Shown: positions 41,346 through 56,440 of the stretch, in pieces | Numbering within the stretch: the first letter of the stretch is position 1 | Layout of the letters: each line of letters opens with the position of its first letter | Origin: the human T2T-CHM13v2.0 reference genome, Homo sapiens | Assembly: GCF_009914755.1 (NCBI RefSeq) | Contig: NC_060931.1 | Direction: 5' to 3' (one strand) | DNA: 64,000 nt | The notes under the pieces: generated by a model | Told to the model about the DNA's origin: nothing | Databases searched by the model: none | Seen by the model: the letters and a program-made list of their open reading frames with translations, nothing else | Made by a program: the position numbers and the translations under genes

Positions 41346-42404
41346 TTTAATGCCTCCCTCTGCTTTTTAAAGTAAACTATAAGCCTTTGTGGGCAAGGGC
41401 CTCATAGAATCATCAAGCTATATTTCTCATTTGAATAACATCTCACAAGAGATGTTTTTTATATTGCAATATAAAAATATAAAAAAGAACTATGAAGAGA
41501 AGTTACCAAAAAAATAATTCATAATGGTAGATATGGTAATGCTGTTTGGGTAAGGAGTTCTCAGCACCCTTTAAATCACCCCAAATGCTAATTAGTATCC
41601 TACAAGAAGGTCAGAGCAAATTCTAGAGGCAAGAATTTCTTCCCCAAATCAATTTTCAGGAACCCTATGATGAAAACGTCTCATTTTACATGTACTTGAT
41701 AAAATGAAATAATAATTGAATCTACAAGGCCCACATGCAACATGAGGTCATATAACTTTACGTCAACATGTTTGTGTTTTATTTGAATAGTTCATTTGTA
41801 TTTATTTAATTATATATTTACTGAAAAGCAACAGAGACTTGTACTAAATTGTGCCAAATGGTATGTGATGGCTATACTTAAAATGCTCAGATTATTTTGA
41901 ACAGAGGGATTTATTTTCTTCTCATAGCTTTTGGAAGTCTGGGCCTATCTGGTTTCAGTTAGGCAATAGTCTTTGGCCAGCATTTTCTGGTACATTTGAA
42001 ACTGTTGAACAATGAAAAGTAGAAACTTTTCATTGCCAGTGCAGCTTAAGCCTAATACAGATATAAACACATTTAATAGCACTTTATTTAGGTTCAGCTT
42101 TATTATTCTTAACTTTCATAGTAATTTTGAATCACATTGCATTAACAAATTTTTATTGGGTTTCCCAATGGAAAGCCAATTGCAGGCAAGGCCTTTTACG
42201 ACTGGGATGTCGCAGTCAATCTTAGATTTGCCTTCTAACAAAGAAGAAAACACAATTCTTAAAAGCTTGCTTTTGTTAAGTTCTGATATAGTATGCTCTA
42301 AAGGACACTAATTCTTTGTTTTGTTCTTTGCTAGTGCCCATCTTAGGTATTGTGCAAGTACCCTTCTTAAACATTTTTGAGTTACAGCCTTCTAACAGAG
42401 CAAG

Positions 42405-42724
42405 CACATGGATGGAGCTGGAGGCCATTATCTTCAGCAAAGTAACGCATGAACATAAAACCAAATACTGCGTGTTCTCACTCATAAGTGGGAGCTAAAT
42501 GATGAGAACACATGGACACATACAGGGGAATAACACACACTGGGGCCTGTCAGAGGGCGGAGGGTGGAAGGAGGGAGAGGATCAGGAAAAATAATTAATG
42601 GATGTTAGGCTTAGTACCTGGACGATGAAACAATTTGTACAACAAACCCCCATGACACTTTACCTATGTAGCAAATCTGCATATGTACATATGAAAATAT
42701 GTACCCCTGGACTTAAAAGTTAAA
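42405..42724 (+). mobile_element. 5'-truncated L1 3' end (old L1PA/L1PB type)
   Basis: acatggatggagctggaggccattat...ataagtgggagctaaatgatgagaacacatgg...gtacccctggacttaaaagttaaaa; AACAGAG on both flanks. Confidence 0.9.
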
Positions 42725-43344
42725 AACAGAGGACATGGCAGTTGGTGACAGGAAGGGCATGGACGATGCTCACCTACAGGCTCAAAATCTAACCTGGGCA
42801 AGAGGGGCACGTTCAAGATTTGATTTAAACTGGCAACTCAGTTTTCTTGCAACTGAAAGTATTCTAAGCAACTTATCCCTCTGGACTCCTCTTCAAAACT
42901 AATAAATAAAGCAGTCTTCTAGGAGCCAGCTCCTTTAGAGGAGCTGCTATATTCTGGTTTCTGATTTATTTAGTGGTTAAAATATTTCCCTGTGATTTAG
43001 GGTAGGGTGGCTCCAGTGGGCAGCCAGGCATTGCCCCGTGGCCTGTGGCATGCCCACAGCATATCGGGTGCTGTGGCCAGCAGGGGGAGGGAGCAGAAGT
43101 GGCGGCCACCCTGAAAGATCTGGTGGCCAGCAGGCCAGGGAGTGTGTCCAGCAGACCTGTGGAGGAGATCCAGGCTCACAGAATGAAGTGAGGGTCAGCC
43201 TGGAATCTTCAATGAAAACCTTCACTACAGGGTATAAGAACCACTTTTACTAAATAGTACCTTAACCACAAAGAAGTTACTTAGTTTGCCAGTTACAAGC
43301 ACTTTAGCTTATTGACTGTAAGCAGAAGTTTGTAGGTAGAAGAG

Positions 43345-43545
43345 TACATACAGTACCTAAGAATGTGAGTTTAGGCATGAGCTGTGTGACTTTGGGCAAA
43401 AGACTTAACCTCTTGGGTGAAATTTCTCATGGGTAAAATGAGGTTTATCCCATCTGTACATGAGGGATGCTGTCAGGATTAAGTGATTAAGCTGTTGCAA
43501 AGCGCAGAGTGAAGCCAAATAATAAATGGCAGTATTATTATTCCT
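43345..43545 (+). mobile_element. MIR
   Basis: agctgtgtgactttgggcaaa...gtaaaatgagg...aggattaagtga...aataaatggcag. Confidence 0.7.
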
Positions 43546-43582
43546 AAGACAGTATAATAGCAATTTTTAAAAATGCATGTAA

Positions 43583-44061
<479 letters not shown>

Positions 44062-44890
44062 AATTTTCTGCATTTTCTATAATGAACATATATTACTTTT
44101 TGATCAGAACACAGTTATTACAATACTAAAATGTATCTTACATGAAAATATAAAGAAAATGGCTACGAAGAACAAGATGAGAAAATGTTATTGCAAACCT
44201 GACCACTGTTTTCCCTGACAGTATCTCTGGAACATTCCAACCTTGTCCTTTTCTCCCAAGAAGAACACATTTCAAGTGGTCACACTGAGGTTAATGAAAA
44301 TAGGCACATTTACAGCATACGAAAAGGCAATACAACACAAGTATGTTCACTTTTTGATAGTTTTATTGGTTTTGTGATATATTTTTTAAAAAGGAAAGAC
44401 TAAACTTTTCTTCATGAAAAAACTGTTCAGTTATTTTTAGACACTTTCATAAAAACTCAAAATTGTAGGTTTTTGCTCTACCACTAAGAAAATGTTCATA
44501 TAATCTAAATTTTGCATTCTTTTAAGAAACTATATTTATATCTTACCACTATAGCCCAAATATTCCAAATAATTTTATCCTATAGACAGCCATTTTTTTT
44601 TAAAAAAAAAGGAAGAGATAAGTTGACAAAACAATATGCTAAATATAACACAGCCATCAGCAGGACAGTGGTATTATATGACCAGTAATTGAAGTTTTCC
44701 CATCACTTTGCTCTCAGAAAAAAAGCCAGTGTTAAAAATCACATCTTTACTGAATGTGAAACTAAATCTAAGTAGATTAAATGACTTGGCCAAGTCCTTT
44801 CTGTAAATTTGTGGCAAAGGAGAATTTCTCAGTGCAGTAATTACATCTTTGCCTTCCAGAAGGCCATCTACAATGAGATTACATGTAGAG

Positions 44891-45110
44891 CATGGGTTAG
44901 CAAACTTTCTGTAAAGGGTCAGACAGGAAATATTTTAGGCTTTGTGGGCCAGAGTATTTCTGCTGCAATGACTTCACTCTTATGACAGTGTGAAAGCAAC
45001 CATAGACAATTCATACATAAATGAATATGTCTGTGTTTCAATAAAACTTTATTTACAAAAACAGGTGGAGGGCCAGATTTGGCTCACAAGTCATAGTTTG
45101 CCAGTTGCTG
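44891..45110 (-). mobile_element. MER58A
   Basis: gcaaactttctgtaaagggtcag...aataaaactttatttacaaaaacagg...gggccagatttgg...tagtttgcc. Confidence 0.85.
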
Positions 45111-45212
45111 GTGTGGAGGAACCTAACTGTTGAATTACAAAACCAGTCTTTAAAAGCTGTATCCTAAAAAAACAAAACATAACAAAACAAAAAACACAGG
45201 ACTATTACATTA

Positions 45213-45713
<501 letters not shown>

Positions 45714-48227
45714 AAAAATCAGGTTTGGGTGACTTCTTGAATGTATTTGGAAAGAATTCTCCCTGGTTCATCATGGGCTCAGTCCTGAGCAGGAACTCGT
45801 TTGATAAACTAATAGCGTGGGCTATTTTAATTTTTTTAAAAACAAGGTTTGGGGGACTGGAGAAATAAGCCAAAGGAAAAGCGGGTAAAAACAGAGAAGA
45901 GTTTTATGTGTATGGAGAGTGAGAAAGGAAAGAAAGAGAAACCCAAGGTTTGGGAAGGTCATCTGGAGTTGGATAGGACTAACGCAGTAAGTTACCTAAG
46001 ACATTTCCCCCAACTGTTCTCAAGTCCAACTGGGGATGAAAGGAGGCATGTGTTGTGTGTAAATCCATGTATAATGAGAATGCTGTTTGAAGTAGCATAA
46101 TCTTGGCTCTATAGCCTGTCACAGTTGAGAAAAATATTGGTGTTTGATAGGTGCTCCCACATCATAATGTAATACTTTATGAGGACTGTTGGTATGTAAA
46201 GCCACAGACACAGTCATCCATAATCTAGGTGCAGGTGGAAGAGAGGGTGCATCTTGTGCTCTCAATCAGCTGGAAACAATAAATAAATTTATGATTCGCA
46301 ACATGAAATACAGACTTTTAAAAAGAAAGATTTTAAATGAAGGTTTTAGTTACACATTGTTTATCCCAAACCATTTTAATGTATATCCATTTACTTCAAA
46401 CTAATCTTTTATTTAAATAACGACAGCTAGAAGTAAACCGAGACTGAAGACAAAAAACAAAGTCTTTCAAGATGTGAAAATGAACTTGGTGATGATATTC
46501 AACAGACTCCTCACTCACACTCCTGCAAACCTATAAGCTGAAGAGATTTAGAACTATTTACGTGTGTGGTGACTGGATAGGCTACTGAAAAACAATGATT
46601 CTTTTCTTCTAGCCTTAAGGCTTACATACTTTTTCATACTTATAATTTTTTTATGCTTCTTTAGGATGTTTTTGATATTGCGTATAAATACGAAAGGGCT
46701 GCACCAGACATGTGTAAAGATGATATACAAGATCTGGTAATGATGGCTGTCATTCCCTGAGCATAAAGGCAGGCCAGGAGATGCTTTACAAATGTTACTG
46801 GGATGGACATTATAAACAGCTCTGTGGAATGGGTATTATTAATTCAATTTTCCAACGGAGGAAAATGGGCTCAGTGATGTATAGATGTCCCTGGTAAAAG
46901 CAGGACAAAGATGATTAAACATTTTTAAAATAATGCTCTGAAATTAGGGGTAGAGGGTTTAATAAAGACAACATTCAATCTATATTCTAAATGGATATAT
47001 GATGTGATATGAGCATTTTGAATACAGATGGAGAATTCAAAAATAGCAAACAATCACTAGCTGACCAATAACTGCTAAGCAGAGATTTTCCCAAAATAAT
47101 ACTCCAAGCATGGAGAGGGTAAGAACTGACTGAAATATAAGGTCTAGAAAATGAGCAGAGCTGCTTCTGCAGTAGGAAATAGTCTACAGTAAAATCCTTC
47201 CTAGGCCCTCCTTTGGGACTCTCCAGTTTATTACAAAAAACACACATAAATATTACTATGTTTTGTGTTTTTGAAAAGGTGCCAACAAAACAGGTTGTTT
47301 GGCTATAGATTTTCTTCTCTAGATTTAGCAGTTTTGATCTTTGAATCACATTTACAACAACAGAGTAATTTTAGTAAGCCATATTTGGCTAAATATTCTT
47401 TAAGGCCTTGTTGCTTGTGGATATACTGTATTTTTGCACACTTGTGGACAAGATGTTGGCTTCATTTTACAACTAACATCTTGTCCACATCAGGGGAGCT
47501 TTCTCACACAGACATGCATACCATGTGGGCTACCTGCTGAGTTCTGGCAAGCTTGGCAGACTGCAGAACATAATGGGAAGGCGGTTGGAGTGGAAAAAAA
47601 CCTTCCTGGGAATTTTTTAAGTGGTTAAAAAAAAGGCATACCATTTCCTAATGTCCCACACTGTGAGTTGGCACAGGAAAGATAATCCAGGAAATGAGAT
47701 GTAAAAACTGTACACAGGTTTCTTAACAGAAGAGGCATTTTGCAAACAGCCAACATAAAGAATGCACTTCCATTTAGGAAGTCAACCACTTGAAAGTTTT
47801 ACTTTTTCATTAGCCGCATGGAAATTGAAAGAGTATGAGCTGGAAATGATCATTAATTCCACATGGAGATCTTACAGTTGAGCAACCAGTTCTCAGAAGC
47901 CAGTATGCTCATTTGTTAGTCAGGGTGCACATTCAAAATAACCCAGTTGGAGAAGGATACTCATTGGATAATGTCTTCAAGAATTTCAACTGAAGAAGCC
48001 ATATCAGGTAAATGTGATCTAAATGCAGTTATTTTAGTTTTCTACTTTGGTGAAAGGCTTTTCTCTAGTAAATTACGTGGTTTACCAAAGCAAGATGTAA
48101 ACCCTCTGATTTTTAAAGCCAAAAGGAAGAAAAAGAGAGAAAATGCAATAGCACCACCTAAAGGGCATTTCAATAGCAATAAAAACTAAATGAAGGTTGA
48201 AAACCAGTGAGGATTTTTCATTTTACC

Positions 48228-48282
48228 ATACATACACACACACACACACACCCCATATATATTATATATAAAACATATATAT
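48228..48282. repeat. (CA)n followed by imperfect (TA)n
   Basis: Directly visible. Confidence 0.9.
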
Positions 48283-48449
48283 TACAGTGTACCAGATTGT
48301 TATGATAAATGCAGTTTGACAGATGGTACACCTTGGCGGTAGCCTCTGGAGCACTTATATTTGGCTCCATATCCCATCGGGTGGGGGGTGGAAATCAATC
48401 CAATTTACAGAAAGGATCATTTTGCAAGGTTCAAAATTCAGTTGAATGA

Positions 48450-49480
48450 ACTCATACACCAAGACAATCACAGACCTAAATGTAAATGTAAGAGCTAAAA
48501 CTATATATAAAACTCTTAGAAGAAAACACAGGAATAAATCCTCCTTACTTTGGGTTAGGCAATGGTTCTTTAGATATGACACCAAAAGCACAAGTGACAA
48601 AAGAAAAAACTAGATAATTAGACTTCGTTAAAACTAAAACTTTAGTGTTGCAAATGATATCGTCAAGTAAGTGAAGACAACCCACAGAATAGGAGAACAT
48701 ATTTGCAAATTTTATATCTGATAATGAACTTGTATCCAGAATATAAAAAGAACTCTTACAACTCAACAATAAAAACATAAATAATCCAATTAAATAATGG
48801 CAAAGGATTTGAATAGTTATTTCTCCAAAGAAGATATACAAATGCCAATAAGCATTTGAAAAGATGCTCAACATTATTAGTCATTTGAGAAATGCAAATC
48901 AAAATCGCAACGAGATTCCACTTCACACCTGCTGGAATGGTTATAATCAAACAGACAATAATAAGTGTTGGTGAGGATGTGGAGAAATTGGAATCGTCAC
49001 CTATTGTTGGTGGGAATGTTAAACGGTGCAGCTGCTTTGGAAAATAGTTGGCGGATCCTCAAAATGCAACTGTACCTCGAGTGAGAAATTAATAAACAAA
49101 ATATGCCATATTCATACACAAGAACATTCTTTGGCAATAAAAACAAAGTACTGACATATGTGATAACATGGATGAACCCTGAAAATGTCGTGCTAAATGA
49201 AAGCAGCCAGACACTTTAGGTCACATATGATTCCACGTGTATGAAATCCAGAATAGGCAAATCTATAAAGGTGTAAAGTAGATTAGTGGTTTCCAGGAGC
49301 TGGGAAAGTGGGGAAATGGGCAGTGACAACTAATGTGTACGTGGTTTGAGAGATGACAAAAATATTCTAAAACTAGGTTGTATTGATGGCTGCACAGTGC
49401 TGTGAATATACTAAAACCAATGAATTATATACTTAAATATGTGAAATGTATGGTATGTGAATTATATCTACAAAGCTGTT
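48450..49480 (+). mobile_element. L1M (L1MB-like) ORF2 C-terminal relic and 3' UTR, with internal deletion
   Basis: gacctaaatgta...agagctaaaactata...aaactcttagaagaaaacacagga...gatatgacaccaaaagcacaa...atggatgaacc...tatgtgaattatatct. Confidence 0.9.
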
Positions 49481-51039
49481 ACATTCAGTTGAATAGTTCT
49501 CAATTGCTAGCCCCCAGCAAAATAGAAGGTATTGTTTACATACAAAAATAAACCAAGCACAGCCTCTGTGATCCTGTAGTTTGCAAATCTCTTCTACCCA
49601 ATTTTGAAGGGGGAAACAATGACAAGTTGGTGAGGTCACACAGCAGCAGAAGTGGGACCAGGAGCTGGGTCGCCCAAAGTTCCATGCAGGGCCAGGACTA
49701 GGGTGAGGAGTGAGGTACTTGGAGTGCCCCAGTGAAGAGGGTGCTCACTCCCAGTACCTCGTGCGCCTTGCCCTAGTCCCAGCCCTGGTTCCGCTTTCCA
49801 TGCCACCTCCCTGGGAAGTTCGAAACAAGAACAGCTGCAAGTAGAAACGCTATTGTTAAAGCAACAACCATCATTCTTCATTTCTTTTTCCTAAAAATGT
49901 TGTTAAAGAACAAGAAAAGATTTTTTTCTTCCCCTTTACTTTAGGGAATACTTTAGGGAAAAGAGAGATGACACAAAGAATGAGAAGTCAGGCTGAGCCT
50001 GGAAGAAAAACTAAGTGTGAAAAAATACATGCTTGCCAAGAGGACATGCTTTCTCTGGTGACCAGAAGTACCACCACCACTTATTTTAACAGTTTCATCT
50101 AGCATGGTCTTCCACAACATGCCTACTACAGCTGCCAGTGGAATCCAGACTGGCCAACTCTCTTCCTCATACGTGTCTATACCAACATGCTTCAACTGGA
50201 TTAGTGAGTTTCTTTGTGAGTGCAGTGGACATAGTGTAAATGCTACAATAAAAATGTGGCCTTACTGCTACCCAATAATCTTTTATTTTTTATTTACACA
50301 TCTATGCAGTCTCTCTAAGGTAAGCTCAGCACACACTCTCTGCATGCTACATGGTTATATCCAATGCACAAACTCAGGGACAAAGTATTCCTGAAAGAGT
50401 ACATAAGCTTTCAGCTTTATTTTGTCCATTTGTTTACTTTGACATGAGATGGTGGTAGTAAAGATTAAAATGCTCTCCCATGTCTATCCTGATTATCTAT
50501 CCTGCCTGTCGATGGCATAAAACGGCTCGTAAGGCCAGACTTTCTATTTACATGTTCTGATTTATTTGCTGTTGTCAAAGATTCCCTGTTTATTATCCCC
50601 TCCAGAATGAGCTCCATGCTCCAGCTAAACATATTTTTATACCCTTTCCTGCTTTAATCATAGCCAAATATTTGAAATCACAGACATGCTTGCTGACTCT
50701 AAGTTTAAGTATCCCATTACACAGCAAGTTAAATAGATGCTTGGGCTTTACAGTTTTAATGTTTAGTTTTGCTCTATTTGTTTCTCTAAATAAGCATTGT
50801 ACTCATCCTTAGATTTTCTTGTGAGGCTTTGCCAACAGTGTTAGGTTTTTTCTCATGCACTTCTATTGCTTGGTGTCAACTAGAGTTGTCAAAGCCTTGC
50901 CAAATTTCCTTTCTTGGTATATATCTTACAAACCAAAGAGATTTGTGCATTATGAAGAGAGCTCTTATGTCCACAACATTTACGCCTCAAGCAAGCACAT
51001 AGGCTTAATGTTTAAAAAGGACTCCACAAGCCTAACTCA

Positions 51040-51220
51040 TATACAGGGTCTGAAACCTCCCCCTACCACTTACTAGCTCTGTGCACATTCTTTACCCTAG
51101 CTCTGCCTATTTTCTTTAATGGAAAATGGTGACCAGTATGAATAGCTCCTCCATCAGGCTGTTGTGAGGATTAAATGAAGTACATAGCAATCACTCAATA
51201 GAGGCGGTTGCCATTAGTAT
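51040..51220 (+). mobile_element. MIR
   Basis: ccacttactagctctgtg...ggctgttgtgaggattaaatga. Confidence 0.7.
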
Positions 51221-52234
51221 TGTTGAACTTTTGCCTTTAGGATGTTCCCATGACATCCTCTTATTCTGGTTTGCTTATAGATAACCAAAATATGATCCTC
51301 TCCTTTAAGAGCATATGTGCTAATTGAAAAATAAATAATTATTGACTCAAAAACACTCAAAAACCTGTAGAATAGGTTTACTGCTTATAAACAAGAAAAA
51401 AAATTAAGCAATCAGTGTTCCCTCTTGGTTTTATGGATGGATGTATAACAACAGAATCAATATGCTATGAAAAAGCTTTATATTCCATTAGGAAATCTTA
51501 TACCTGAGTCAATAGAACTATCCATTTAAACCTGTTTTCTATCTCTTTCTTTGGAATTCAAAAGCAACATACCTTTCCATAAAAATGCAAACATCACAGG
51601 ATTACTGATACTGTAAAAAAGGGAAATTCTTACAGTCCTATCCCAACAGCCACTGTCAGTTATTGGGAAATACTCCGGATTGCATTTTTTGGTGCATTTT
51701 CTTTAGCAACTTTTTTTTCTTCTTAAACTTAGCAATAGATCTTGGACATCTTTTCAGGTCAGTACATATAGATCTACCTCATGGTTTTAAACAGGATGGA
51801 TACACTCAATTTACTGAACCAATCTCAAACTGAAGAATATTTTGGTTACTTCCATTTTTCTTTTTCTATCACAAACACTTTCATGGTCAAATTCTTAACA
51901 ATTTCACAACCTGACCCAATCTCTATGTTTGAAAGGTTCTTCCAAGTTTCATGATTATCTATTGAAATGAATGGTAACATCCATCCTCAAATGAGCCCCG
52001 CTATTTTATGTCCTCTTCTCTTTAGAATCCTTAGGTTATATTGTATCCAGGAGCATGGTTTGTTTTGTTCTTAACTTTCCAACATTACCTCTTCCCTGGG
52101 AAAAACAAAACAACAAAAACAAAACACCAAAGCATCTGTGTCTATGTTACAATCCTCTGAAAATCTGTTTCTCTGTCCTGGCCCATTCATCTATTGACTA
52201 GCTCTTTGTCCTGTAGCGATTTCATGGAGGTCCA

Positions 52235-52706
<472 letters not shown>

Positions 52707-55699
52707 TAATGATTCTGTTTTAAAGAACTGAAAATACTGATTTCTGCCCCCTTCAGGGAGAATGGCTCTCACTTGTTTCCATGACTGATGCCGCTTTTGC
52801 CACCATCACTGTTTAGCAAGAAATCTGAAGCTTGGGCCATTTCTCTAAAACACCTTGTGTTGCAGAGCCAAGTAGCAGCTGGCCATGAGGTCTACGGAGC
52901 ACAGAGCAAACCTTCCTGCTTCAAAATGATATGGTTAGAGGCTCATTACTTGGAGCTTTAGGAATGGTTTTGTTATCAGGAATTCTCTGCTTAAAATATC
53001 AAAACTCCTGGGAGAAAAAACCTTTAGTTATCTCACAGCTCAGCAAAGATGAACTGATAGTCAGCTAAGCTAAAATAGGTGGAAATCACAGCTGGGGGTG
53101 GGAAGGACTGAGTAGCAGGCTGAGAAGCAGCACTGTGGCAGGGGAGGCAACAGGACAGGAGGGAGGCCTTGCTTCCTTTGCAGGGTGTGGTTCCCAGGTC
53201 CTGCCATACCCCCAATACTCTGAGGGCCCCAAGCCAGTTTTAGAGGCCCCTGGATCTGGAGAGAAGGGGATGAGCTGTGTGTCCCTGGGGTGAGATGGCC
53301 CCTGTGCCCTGTCCCACCTGCCAGTTATCCATGGCCTCAGGCTTTTTTCCTTCTCCATGCCCCTTGGATGGCAACTTCAGCAATGAGCCAGTGTAGGGAA
53401 GAAATGGCTGTGGCCTCCTAGAGGGGGAAGACCCTGTATGTAAGGCCACAAGCCAAATGCGACCTTGCCATCAGCAACCCTAATGTGTTGCTTTTCTTGG
53501 GCACTCGCAATAGGGAGACTGGTTTTATAACACACTCACTCATGGTCTGTCTCTCCACTTCATGAGAAACCCCTTCAGAATTCAGATGGTTTTCACTCCT
53601 CGGTTCTCATCACGGGGTCTACACATGATGTTTATTGGGATGAACACATTGGAATCTGGGGCTCTGCTTTCCTCTTTGCATGTAAGTGACCCTGCCGCTT
53701 GCTAACAGTGGTTGAAAACCATTCCACGGCTGCCGTGGCCAGTGAGGAGGGTTCTGAGGACTGAGGCAGGCAGCAGGGCCAGACTGCAGGTGTTGGCCAG
53801 GAGCCCCGGCACAGCAGTGAGCAGCTCCCTGTCTTCTGGGAAGAAGAAACCCGGCTCCTGCCTGCTGCCCTCCTCTCACCTGCTCCCTACAGAGTGCTGC
53901 GCCAGCCCTGAGCATGCCCCCGGTACCATTCTCAGTGAGCCTGGAACACAAAGGCCTCTTCATGTTTAGTTTTGAGATAAGTTTCTGGGAAAGGCTGGTG
54001 AAGAAGGTGACACCTTTCTGCTCTCCTATCTTTCACAGGGCCGGGTCACGGCGGTGTGGTGGTGGGGGTGCTCTCCCCGCCACCCCCCGTGATCAGCCTT
54101 ACCCTGGCTCCTCCTGACTCTAGCTCCTTCATGCACCCTGTGACCCAGACTCACCTCACAGTCCTTCTGCCTCAGTGTAATGCATCTTATTCTACAGCCT
54201 GCATTTCCAATACACAGCACACACACATGCCCAGATGCCGTCTCAGCAGTCAGCCCGCATGGTTTCACAGAGAACGACTACAGGCACAATTAGGCATTGA
54301 ACAAAAGCTCTCTGATGATGCTGCTGATTTGGCTGAAATCCCTCAAGTCTGATGACAGCACTGAGATGCCAACCAGTCCACGAGAACGACTGACTGCTGC
54401 ATCTTGGGTGGGTGGCGTACTTGGGTGGAGGCGGCCTGGGTCTTGGGTCTCCAATCAGAAGGGTTTTACACCAGCGCAGCAGCCCTTAAAATTAATTTTC
54501 CATTAAAATCTAAGCCTCTCAGTCCAATAAACAAACTGCACATTTACTGTGGATTCTGTATCTGAACTTTTACACTGGTTTTGTCAACAAAATTTACTGT
54601 ATTCATAAATACTAATGTTCTCACTTGGTTCCCTATCTTTAGTATACTGTAAATTATAAGCAAGTACATAAATGTCTTGGCCTGGTAATATAGTGGCCTG
54701 AAATGACTTCCTTTTTCCTTTAAAGATGTTGCATGTTTTAATGGTAGGTGTTTTTAATTAACTTGAAGTGCCATAAACTGCCCATGTATGAACAAAGACA
54801 AGTGAGTTGCATTAAATTAAAAGTGCAGTATCTGACTAATGTTAACAAATTAGGCACGCCTTCAAGATGCACAATTTCTGTTTGGAGTTGTCATTTTACT
54901 AATGCAGAGATACCAAAGCTCCTAGAATAGCTGCACCAAATGAGCCTTTCGAAATTAATATTTTTGGCAATCAATTAGGAATAAGATTTCAAGCTTTAAA
55001 AAGATTCCCACTCAGGCATCTCAACATAGCATCCCTTCCCTTTTTCCTTCATAAATGAGCTCAATTTGGGGATGTGATCTTTTTGCCAATATCAGTGCAA
55101 ATTAGCACTGTAAATATTAAAATCAAATGTTACTACTTCGCCTAATTTTCTTTCAGCCTGCAGTTAATCTTTATTCAGCCTTAATGAGTATTTATTGTGT
55201 GACCCTGACAGCTTGCTACTGCTGTGATAAATTATCTGACTCAAGTCCGATTAAAAATGCAACCCTGAGTGCTAATTATCTCAACAGACCTGCTTAATAA
55301 TAGCATTTCTTGTCAATTATGGAATCTCAGCATGGGTGTCAATAGCAACAAATGCACAGGCCTACCTTGGATGCTGACTTCCCATAAGCCCTTTTACTTG
55401 CCATATGTAAATCAGAGTGCTTCTGTACCTGTGATGACCTTTTATTAGCAAACTGTCAAAATGATAAAACTAGCCGTAGCAAAACCCTCACCACCATACA
55501 ATTAGGGGCTACAGCTTAGGACAACAGGAGGGCAATCAGACACAGCTAATTATGATGCATCTTACTTGTGGCCTGTCCAGCAGGAAGAATGAGCTGTTTT
55601 GAAATTTATGCCAGCTTCAGCACGGCCCACAGGAGGGAAGCTGCTGGAAAGTGGGGTAAGGGGGAGGGGACAGGCAAGGAACTGCATATTTCTACAGTT

Positions 55700-55905
55700 T
55701 TTCCGGGAATCTGGAATCAGATCCGAGTTCAAATTTCAGCTCACTTATTTGCTGTGTGACGTTGAATAAATCACTTCATCAGAAAAATGGAGGCAACACC
55801 ATTTCACCTCATTGGGGGCTGGGTGAGTGAGGGGAATGGAAGGTAACAAATGTAGAAACACCTAGCAGAGTGCTATCACATAGAAGGTGCTGAGCATCTG
55901 TTTAC
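55700..55905 (+). mobile_element. MIR
   Basis: ctggaatcaga...gagttcaaat...gctgtgtgac...cacatagaaggtgct. Confidence 0.7.
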
Positions 55906-56214
55906 TTTCTTCCCATTTGCCTTTTCCTTTCCTAATGATCAAGATAACAGATAACAACAGCTAGAAGTACCATTTATGGAGCTCTTGCATGCACCTTGCA
56001 CAATGTCTTATGCGCAGCCTTCCTCCTTCACCCCTGTGGTCAGAACTGATGAGAACACAGCAGAGCTGAAAGCTACCCTACCCAGATCATTTAGTGCAGT
56101 CTCCCCTTTGTAGGTACAAATGTCTTAAAGAATTCAAAAGCAAAGACGACTCTCTTCTCAAAGGGTTACCTGAGTCAAACATTTTGCAACCTGCCTTGGT
56201 AATAGCAAATGGAG

Positions 56215-56440
56215 TAGCATTTATTTAACTGAGCATTTACTACGTGCCAGTCACCATGGGGAGTGCTTCACTTTGTTTAATCCACACAGCATCCCTATGA
56301 GGTGGCTACTCTTAGCATATTCCCTCTGGAGATGAGGAAAGAAGAGAAGAAAGGTTAAACGACTTGTGCAACATCCACAACTTGTAAGTTTCAGAGCCCA
56401 GGCCTGAGTTGAGAGCCAAAACACCCACTTCTCAAAACAG
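56215..56440 (-). mobile_element. MIR
   Basis: ttaactgagcatttactacgtgccag...tttaatcc...ccctatgagg...agatgaggaaa...ggttaaacgacttg. Confidence 0.75.

Noticed and set aside
43073-43092. CTCF site TGGCCAGCAGGGGGAGG (also TGGCCACCAGGG reversed near 57064)
   Set aside because: Only part of the consensus matches and the GGCGC/GGCAG end is missing; needs PWM scoring and ChIP data.
48355-48950. Hydrophobic minus-strand ORFs
   Set aside because: Antisense frames of a decayed L1 ORF2 relic.
54038-54070. G-quadruplex candidate
   Set aside because: Only three G3+ runs and a long loop.
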